From: an uncultured Oscillospiraceae bacterium
GTDB taxonomy: Bacteria; Bacillota; Clostridia; Oscillospirales; QAMX01
DNA: 64,000 nt
Direction: 5' to 3'
Assembly (NCBI GenBank): GCA_964448855.1
Contig: CAYUXI010000013.1
Span: 674-64,673 of the forward strand
Below are positions 57,484-64,000 of this stretch, piece after piece (the first letter of the stretch is position 1; every line of letters begins with the position of its first letter). A program made the translations under genes and the position numbers. The notes beneath the pieces were generated by a model, which worked only from the letters and a program-made list of their open reading frames with translations, searched no databases and was not told the DNA's origin.

Positions 57484-59298
57484 ATGAAAACCTTGAAAAG
57501 GGTACTTGGCTGCCAGTCTTTTATGCTAAAGCGAATGTATCGGGACAGCAAGCGGCTTTTTTATGTGACACTGATTCAGTCGATTCTGACCGGTATGTAT
57601 CCAACCATCGAGCTGGTTATCAGTAGGAACCTGATTGATGCCCTGGTACGGCTTTCCCTGCGGAATGCCATGATCAGTATTGCACTCCTGATCGGCAGCT
57701 CTCTGCTCTATTACGTTCTGAAAAAGCTGCTGAGCTTGATTGCTGCCAATTCATATCAGCTGATTCGACGCCAGATGCGGTTTGATCTTTTTGAAAAGAC
57801 CTGTTCTCTCGATCTGGCCGTGGCAGATTTGCCGGAAAACAGAACCCTGTATGAAGAAGCGCATGGTGCCAATCAGAACAACCGATGTATGCGTGTTCTG
57901 GATTCCTTTTTCAGCATTTTCACCGCCTGTATCACGTTGATTTCTTCCTATATCGTGATGATCGCGGTCGATCCATGGATTATGATTGTCATTGTCGCAG
58001 TGGTGATTCTGCAATCATTTATCACCATTCGCTCGCAGAAGCTGGCTTATGAGACCTGGCGGGAAGATGCCCGAACCAACAAGGAGGCGTCCTATGTTCT
58101 GGGGTTGCTGTTTGACCGCAACTGTGCCTTTGAAATGCGGCTGCACAATCTGTCACAATGGGTCATTCGGAAATACAACAAGGTGCAGACCAAATCCGAT
58201 CAGCTCTGGCTTGAAAATAACAAAAAGCAGCAGAGAAACGATGTTTTGAATTTTGCCGTACAGCTGGTGCAGAAAGCAATTCTTTACGTTTACCTGGCGC
58301 TGCAGATGCTTTACGCCAATATGACCATTGCGAATTTCACGCTGTGCTTCAATTCTCTGAACCAGATTTCCAACAATCTGGTCGCCCTGATCCGCACATT
58401 TATTGATATTTTTGAGGATTCCAAGTATATTTACAGCTATAAGAAATATCTGGCGTTGGAAAACACAATTGCCGTCCATCGGCCGGATGAAAAGCCGGTC
58501 GCCAGAAATGAAGCCCGCAACAACGAAATTGTCTTTGATCACGTCAGCTTCCGTTATCCGGAAGCACCGGCAGACGTTCTGCACGATATCAACCTGCATC
58601 TGGAGCCGCAGAAGTTTTATGTCATCGTCGGTGCGAACGGCGCCGGGAAAACGACGCTGATCAATCTGCTGATGCGTTTGTATGATCCGTCGAGCGGTTC
58701 GATTCGTTTGGGGCCAACCGATATTCGCGACTATGATTTTCAAAGCTATCGGGACTGTTTCGGTGCGGTTTTCCAGAATTTCAAGGTTTTTGATTATTCG
58801 TTCTTTGAAAACATCACGCTGTCCGAAGAGGAAAACGAGGAGATCGATGCAGAGGTTCAGCAGGTCATTCAGAAGGCCGGATTGGCCAACAAGGTGTCGC
58901 AGCTTGCCAAAGGGATGCACACCTGTGTCGGTAAAGCGTTTGACCAGGATGGCATCAAGTTATCCGGCGGCGAATACCAGAAGGTTGCTCTGGCCAGAGC
59001 GCTGTACAGAGACAGTCAGATTCTGATTCTGGACGAGCCATCCAGCGCGTTGGATGCATTGGCAGAGGATGATTTGATTCAGACCTTCCAGCGAGCCAGC
59101 ACCAACCAGACGGTTTTCTATATATCGCACCGTCTCTCCGTGGCACGCTTTGCATATCGCGTGATTTTTATCGGCGATCATACGATTTTGGGCTACGGCA
59201 GCCACGACGAGCTGATGCAGACCTGTCCGCAGTATGCAGAGATGTATACGGCACAGGCCAAATATTACACGGAAACAGAAACTGCCCCTTCGCACTGA
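57484..59298 (+). CDS. ABC exporter (fused TMD + NBD), no C39 peptidase domain
   Basis: TM helices followed by VGANGAGKTTL, LSGGEYQKVALARA, LILDEPSSALD, ISHRLS. Confidence 0.93.
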   Translation: MKTLKRVLGCQSFMLKRMYRDSKRLFYVTLIQSILTGMYPTIELVISRNLIDALVRLSLRNAMISIALLIGSSLLYYVLKKLLSLIAANSYQLIRRQMRFDLFEKTCSLDLAVADLPENRTLYEEAHGANQNNRCMRVLDSFFSIFTACITLISSYIVMIAVDPWIMIVIVAVVILQSFITIRSQKLAYETWREDARTNKEASYVLGLLFDRNCAFEMRLHNLSQWVIRKYNKVQTKSDQLWLENNKKQQRNDVLNFAVQLVQKAILYVYLALQMLYANMTIANFTLCFNSLNQISNNLVALIRTFIDIFEDSKYIYSYKKYLALENTIAVHRPDEKPVARNEARNNEIVFDHVSFRYPEAPADVLHDINLHLEPQKFYVIVGANGAGKTTLINLLMRLYDPSSGSIRLGPTDIRDYDFQSYRDCFGAVFQNFKVFDYSFFENITLSEEENEEIDAEVQQVIQKAGLANKVSQLAKGMHTCVGKAFDQDGIKLSGGEYQKVALARALYRDSQILILDEPSSALDALAEDDLIQTFQRASTNQTVFYISHRLSVARFAYRVIFIGDHTILGYGSHDELMQTCPQYAEMYTAQAKYYTETETAPSH

Positions 59299-59313
59299 GA
59301 GGAGCTGATTATC

Positions 59314-60192
59314 GTGCCTGTATATTGTATATACGGTTTGTCCGTGGAATCCAATCTCGACTTGTCTGATGTAGATGCAGGTCATCCGGGGATCTGTGAT
59401 ATGCGGCTCCATGTGTCCTTTGCAGAAATGCCACCGGTTCAGCCCATACGGATTCTGGAATCTGAGCAATGGTTGACCATTGAGCTCTTCCCCTTCGCGG
59501 TTTATCGGTTGAGCAGGCATTCCAATGATGTTTTTTGTCAGGCTGCGGATTATGAGTCCTTTTACTCAACATTTTTCAATCTGCCGTTTTCGGTCTTTCT
59601 TGTACAACGCGGCGATCTGCTTTTGCATGCCTCATCACTGGTTCACAGTCAGACAGGTGAGTTGCTCGCTTTTGCCGGACAGAAAGGTGTCGGAAAAAGT
59701 ACGCTGGTACAACTTCTGTGTGGGGAAACGTATCAGATTTATGCAGATGATACCCTACGAATTCCGATGGATACCTCAATGGGATTTCGAGGAAATTCGC
59801 TTTTGAAAATAACACCGGAGACATCTGCCCTCATTCAGGGCAGGCTGCAACTGACGGGACATCAAAATGCAGTCGGAAAAAATTATGCAGCTATTCCAAC
59901 AGACTCCCGGCAACGTCAGATTCGGGCAATTGTTCAATTGGCACGAACTTCGGATGCGTCTTTTTCCATCCGACCGGTGAACACCCCGTTACAGCGTACA
60001 CAAATCATCTGCAGGCACCTGACAGGTATCCCATTCTGGACAGCTTCTATGATTCAAAAGGTCATGCAGCTTGTCAAAAGCGTTGAAATACCTGTTTATT
60101 CCATGCGAATCCCCGATTCTCTGCATTGGTTGGAGCAGCAAACGCCGGACATACGCTCTGCGCTTGAACAGGTAACGAACGAAATTCCCTGA
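59314..60192 (+). CDS. HPr-kinase-like protein of the lasso-cluster (PadeK/PsmK-like) type
   Basis: N-terminal YCIYGLSVESNL, LLHASSL, GQKGVGKSTL Walker A, YADD; GTG start after GAGGAG. Confidence 0.75.
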   Translation: MPVYCIYGLSVESNLDLSDVDAGHPGICDMRLHVSFAEMPPVQPIRILESEQWLTIELFPFAVYRLSRHSNDVFCQAADYESFYSTFFNLPFSVFLVQRGDLLLHASSLVHSQTGELLAFAGQKGVGKSTLVQLLCGETYQIYADDTLRIPMDTSMGFRGNSLLKITPETSALIQGRLQLTGHQNAVGKNYAAIPTDSRQRQIRAIVQLARTSDASFSIRPVNTPLQRTQIICRHLTGIPFWTASMIQKVMQLVKSVEIPVYSMRIPDSLHWLEQQTPDIRSALEQVTNEIP

Positions 60193-60201
60193 CATCCATT
60201 C

Positions 60202-60237
60202 AAAAAGCGTCTGCACGCATTTTGTGCAGACGCTTTT
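60202..60237. terminator. Bidirectional terminator closing the RiPP operon
   Basis: AAAAGCGTCTGCAC-gcatttt-GTGCAGACGCTTTT. Confidence 0.85.
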
Positions 60238-60321
60238 GCGTGTCGTCATGAGGAAAAACGCCTTTTGTCGGATAACAGGTCATTTTCTCTGTGATTCAAG
60301 GAGATCTGTAACTTCACATTT
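60202..60321 (-). ncRNA. Candidate ~120-nt small RNA
   Basis: Lies between a minus-strand TTGACA-17-TATAAA promoter and the bidirectional terminator; no convincing ORF. Confidence 0.4.
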
Positions 60322-60327
60322 CAGAGC

Positions 60328-60356
60328 TTTATAATACCGCAGTATTTGTTTGTCAA
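60328..60356 (-). promoter_or_regulatory. Near-consensus SigA promoter facing the RiPP operon terminator
   Basis: TTGACA (60356-60351), 17 nt, TATAAA (60333-60328). Confidence 0.7.
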
Positions 60357-60473
60357 CGGTTTCCTGAAAAGACACTGAAAAGATGCAACTGCAAAGGGAG
60401 CCATTGGTCGTTGAAAAGCAAGCCAACAAGAAGAGATGTACAGACATGATCGGCTGTATGGCGTGCGTGAAGC

Positions 60474-60514
60474 CAAGAAAGAATCCGCAGGTCGTTGAAA
60501 CAGCCTGCGGATTC
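60474..60514 (-). terminator. clpB terminator
   Basis: GAATCCGCAGG...CCTGCGGATTC followed by TTTCTT on the minus strand. Confidence 0.75.
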
Positions 60515-60563
60515 CGGTCGGTCATTGTGATTAGAAAGTGTGTAGATGCTTGCTCAGCCGCGT

Positions 60564-63215
60564 TCAGCGCACTTCGTCGGGTGAATAGACTTCACCGGTC
60601 AGCACCGGGTGGCAGGTCAGACGGCCATCGGCTGCGTCGAGCACGAGGGTGGAGCCGGCATCCAGATTGCCTGCCAGAATTTCGCGGGCAATGAGCGTTT
60701 CCGCCATGCTTTGCAGGCAGCGTTTCAGCGGCCGTGCGCCGTAAACCGGGTCGTAGCCCTGATCGATGATGAGCGCCTTGGCCGCATCGGTCACTTCCAG
60801 CTGCAGTCCGCCCGCGGCGCGGTCGGCCATACGCGTTTGCAGACCGGCCAGCAGCAGATCGACGATGGCGTTCAGGTTTTCCTTGGTCAGCGGTTTGAAG
60901 AAGACGATCTCGTCCAGGCGGTTCAGGAATTCCGGTCGGAACGCTGTCCGGAGCTCAGCCTGCACACTGGCGCGTGCAGCTTCGCTGACGGAGCCGTCCG
61001 GCAGGATGCCGTCCAGCAGATACTGGCTGCCGAGGTTGGAGGTCAGGATGATGATCGTGTTTTTGAAATCGACGGTGCGACCCTGGCTGTCGGTGATGCG
61101 GCCATCGTCCAGAATTTGCAGCAGGATATTGAACACATCCGGGTGCGCCTTCTCCACCTCATCGAACAGGATGACGCTGTACGGGTGGCGGCGGACGGCT
61201 TCGGTGAGCTGGCCGCCCTCGTCATAGCCGACATATCCCGGAGGCGCACCAATCAGGCGGGACACGCTGAACTTCTCCATGTACTCCGTCATGTCAATCC
61301 GCACCAGACTGCGCTCGTCATCGAACAAGCTCTCGGCCAGCGTTTTGGCCAGCTCCGTTTTGCCGACACCGGTCGGCCCTAAGAAGAGGAAGCTGCCGAT
61401 CGGGCGGTTGGGGTCTGCGATACCGGCACGGCTGCGCTGAATGGCTTCGCTGACCAATCGCACCGCCTCATCCTGTCCGACGACGCGCCGGTGCAGGATA
61501 TCCTCCAGCCGCAGCAGCTTTTCCCGTTCGCCCTCGACGAGCCGGGATACGGGGATGCCCGTCCAGCGCCCAACGACCTCGGCTATCTCCTCATCGGTCA
61601 CGGTGGAACGGACGAGTCGGTTCTGGTTCTGCCGTTCTGCCATCTGTTCGGCCTCCGCCAGCTGTTTTTTCAGCGTCGGCAGCTCGGAATATTGCAGGCG
61701 CGCCGCCTTTTCATATTCGCCGTGCAGCTGAGCCTGTTCCATTTCGCCGGTTTTCTTCTCGATCTCCGTTTTGATTTGCTTAACGGTTTCCGCCGCTTCC
61801 TTCTCCGATGTCCAGCGCGCCTTCATTTCGCGGAGCTGATCCTGCTTTTCCGCAAGCTCCGCCGTCAGCTTGGCCAGACGGTCTTTGGAGAGCTGATCCT
61901 CCTCTTTTTTCAGCGACATTTCCTCGATTTCCATCTGCATGATCTCGCGGCGCAGATCGTCCAGCTCGCTCGGCATGGAGTCAATCTCCGTGCGAATCAT
62001 GGCACACGCCTCATCGACCAGGTCAATCGCCTTATCCGGCAGGAAGCGGTCGGTGATATACCGGTTGGACAGCGTGGCCGCCGCCACCAGTGCGTTGTCG
62101 TGGATGCGGACGCCGTGGAAGATTTCATACCGCTCCTTCAGTCCGCGCAGGATGGAAATCGTATCCTCCACGGTCGGCTCCTCGACGATGACCGGCTGGA
62201 ATCTCCGTTCCAGCGCGGCGTCCTTTTCGATGTATTTGCGGTACTCGTCCAGTGTGGTCGCACCGATGCAGTGCAGCTCGCCACGCGCCAGCATCGGCTT
62301 CAGCAGGTTGCCCGCGTCCATGGAGCCCTCTGTTTTCCCGGCACCGACAATCGTGTGCAGTTCATCGATGAAGAGCAGGATGCGGCCGTCCGCCTTTTTG
62401 ACCTCATTCAGGACGGCTTTCAGGCGCTCCTCAAATTCGCCGCGGTATTTTGCACCGGCCACCAGTGCGCCCATATCCAGCGAAAAAATCGTCTTTTCCT
62501 TCAGGCCGTCCGGCACGTCGCCCCGCACGATTCGCTGCGCCAGTCCCTCAGCGATGGCGGTTTTCCCGACGCCCGGTTCACCGATCAGGACGGGGTTGTT
62601 TTTGCTTTTGCGGGACAGGATGCGGATCACGCTCCGGATTTCGGCGTCCCGGCCGATGACCGGATCCAGCTTCTGCGCCCGTGCGCGTTCGACCAGGTCT
62701 GTGCCGTATTTGTTCAGCACGTCATACGTATCCTCCGGATGGTCGCTTGTCACCGGTGCGCTTTTCACGCGGGACAGCTCCTGCAGGAAGCGTTCCTGCG
62801 TCACGCCGTGCCGTTGGAAAATCCCCTGTACCGTCCGGCCGCCCTCGGCAATCAGACCCAGCATCAGGTGTTCAACGGAGAGGTATTCGTCCTTCAGCTG
62901 TTCCGCCATTTTTTCGGCATAGCGGAGCACAGCCGACACCTCGTTCGACGGATACAGGTCGCCGCCCGTCCCCGTCACCTTCGGCAGCCGTTCCATTTCG
63001 GCATTCAGCTCGCCCAGCATGGCGCCGACCAGATCGGTGTTGCCGCTCTGCCGGCCCATCCGTTCCAGAAGCGTCCCGATCAGGCCGCCCTCCTGCGACA
63101 GCAGCGCATACGCCAGGTGCTCCGGTGCGAGCGTCTGATTCTGTTTGTCCCGCGCCAGATTTTGTGCGCGGTTGATCACATCTATCGTCTTTTGTGTCAT
63201 TTTTTCTGCATTCAT
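60564..63215 (-). CDS. clpB: ATP-dependent chaperone ClpB
   Basis: Two AAA+ modules ([17 protein letters not shown]), coiled-coil M-domain, [18 protein letters not shown]. Confidence 0.97.
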   Translation of the reverse strand: MNAEKMTQKTIDVINRAQNLARDKQNQTLAPEHLAYALLSQEGGLIGTLLERMGRQSGNTDLVGAMLGELNAEMERLPKVTGTGGDLYPSNEVSAVLRYAEKMAEQLKDEYLSVEHLMLGLIAEGGRTVQGIFQRHGVTQERFLQELSRVKSAPVTSDHPEDTYDVLNKYGTDLVERARAQKLDPVIGRDAEIRSVIRILSRKSKNNPVLIGEPGVGKTAIAEGLAQRIVRGDVPDGLKEKTIFSLDMGALVAGAKYRGEFEERLKAVLNEVKKADGRILLFIDELHTIVGAGKTEGSMDAGNLLKPMLARGELHCIGATTLDEYRKYIEKDAALERRFQPVIVEEPTVEDTISILRGLKERYEIFHGVRIHDNALVAAATLSNRYITDRFLPDKAIDLVDEACAMIRTEIDSMPSELDDLRREIMQMEIEEMSLKKEEDQLSKDRLAKLTAELAEKQDQLREMKARWTSEKEAAETVKQIKTEIEKKTGEMEQAQLHGEYEKAARLQYSELPTLKKQLAEAEQMAERQNQNRLVRSTVTDEEIAEVVGRWTGIPVSRLVEGEREKLLRLEDILHRRVVGQDEAVRLVSEAIQRSRAGIADPNRPIGSFLFLGPTGVGKTELAKTLAESLFDDERSLVRIDMTEYMEKFSVSRLIGAPPGYVGYDEGGQLTEAVRRHPYSVILFDEVEKAHPDVFNILLQILDDGRITDSQGRTVDFKNTIIILTSNLGSQYLLDGILPDGSVSEAARASVQAELRTAFRPEFLNRLDEIVFFKPLTKENLNAIVDLLLAGLQTRMADRAAGGLQLEVTDAAKALIIDQGYDPVYGARPLKRCLQSMAETLIAREILAGNLDAGSTLVLDAADGRLTCHPVLTGEVYSPDEVR

Positions 63216-63263
63216 AAAAAGGATCCTCCCTTTCCGTTTGTTTCATCCATGATTCCGGATGTT

Positions 63264-63926
63264 TTAGAGTATCAGTGAGCGGGTCTTCCAATCGTCCGCA
63301 TACAGCTCCGCGAGCGTCTGTGCATCCGCGCCGCCAACACACGCCTTCAGCATCCGATCCACCAGCCGGACATAATCGGTCATGGCGCCGGACAGCTCCT
63401 CCGCATGGAGCGGGTACGCCGTGGTCAGTCCGTTTTTTCGCACCGGATACATGAGAGGGCGCAGGAACCGCCCGTTGTCGAGGACGCAGGTATTTGTCTG
63501 CGGCAGCAGCTGCTCCTCAATTCGGCAGAAGCAGCGGAAAAACCGGTTCAGCAGCTCGAGCAGACCCTCCGACTGCGTGCGAAAGATCACCGTCAGTGTG
63601 CCGATCATCTCGCCCGGATGGAATTCGTTGGCCAGCTCGACCTCATATCGGAGTGTCGGCCGGTATTTATACGCCAGGCTGGAGCGCACCGCAACGCGCT
63701 GTGCGCTCGGTGCAGCCATCGGAACCAGCTCTCCGGTCGCCGACAGCAGCCGTTCCATATCCGAAAAAATATCGCGCAGCTGCTGCTCCGGGGTGCGCAT
63801 TTCCACCCGTTCCGCCAGAATCATGTTGACGAGGTTGGAGCGGTTCGTCCCCATTCGGTGCGCCAGTGCATCGACCTCGCGCATGATATCGTCCGACAGC
63901 ATCAGGCTGTATAATGTTTTTTTCAT
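63264..63926 (-). CDS. Ribbon-helix-helix domain protein upstream of clpB
   Basis: N-terminal YSLMLSDDIMREVDALAHRMGTNRSNLVNMILAE has an RHH pattern; C-terminal domain unknown. Confidence 0.7.
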   Translation of the reverse strand: MKKTLYSLMLSDDIMREVDALAHRMGTNRSNLVNMILAERVEMRTPEQQLRDIFSDMERLLSATGELVPMAAPSAQRVAVRSSLAYKYRPTLRYEVELANEFHPGEMIGTLTVIFRTQSEGLLELLNRFFRCFCRIEEQLLPQTNTCVLDNGRFLRPLMYPVRKNGLTTAYPLHAEELSGAMTDYVRLVDRMLKACVGGADAQTLAELYADDWKTRSLIL

Positions 63927-64000
63927 GGAGCGCATCCTCCCTTTCCGTCTGCCGTTGCAGGATATCTGCCCGGCGCTTTTATTGTAGCACGTTTCATGTA

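Larger units (their letters stand above)
53283..60356. other. AT-richer accessory locus: putative RiPP biosynthetic gene cluster
   Basis: Co-oriented NTase, rSAM, precursors, ABC exporter and kinase; spot G+C 19/60 in rows 56101 and 56401 versus 40/60 in clpB row 61201. Confidence 0.85.

Noticed and set aside
52192-60192. Island adjacent to the true hprK while carrying an hprK-like gene (homology-driven insertion)
   Set aside because: Similarity is limited to protein motifs; no DNA-level repeat or att site was seen, so probably coincidence.
60280-60694. ORFs 60280-60525 and 60383-60694
   Set aside because: They overlap promoter, terminator and clpB sequence and have no motifs.
5627-63278. 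Many long antisense or alternate-frame ORFs (e.g. 5627-7348, 13073-14089, 18561-19955, 24227-25894, 36515-38062, 44916-46463, 61491-63278)
   Set aside because: They lie opposite well-supported genes, lack recognisable motifs, and are expected shadows of GC-rich codon usage.
1-64000. CRISPR arrays, rRNA, tRNA, integrases, transposases and prophage genes
   Set aside because: None seen: no regularly spaced repeats, cloverleaf or recombinase motifs were recognised by eye.

Overview
GC-rich Clostridia-like (probably Oscillospiraceae/Ruminococcaceae-type), spore-forming Firmicute chromosome. About 53 kb is core genome: tagA-tmk, mltG, spoIIE, rlmH, two VanW proteins, proS, uxaC, murC, mreB-like, comF, recD2, a sugar-catabolism operon with GH16, the rimP-nusA-infB-rbfA-truB-ribF operon extended by murT-gatD, nagA, gpmI, dGTPase-dnaG-rpoD and hprK; clpB lies at the right end. 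Between hprK and clpB (about 53.3-60.3 kb) is an AT-richer accessory locus that looks like an unusual RiPP biosynthetic cluster. It encodes an NTP_transf_5-type nucleotidyltransferase, a radical SAM/SPASM enzyme, two paralogous 7-Cys precursor peptides ending in Cys-Ser (one absent from the ORF track), an ABC exporter and a lasso-cluster-type HPr-kinase-like protein, but no lasso cyclase or peptidase. The rSAM gene has a duplicated structured leader plus a 13-codon gene stub flanking a perfect TTGACA-17-TATAAT promoter, and a candidate antisense sRNA sits at the right edge of the locus. All assignments come from motif recognition by eye; no database searches were run.
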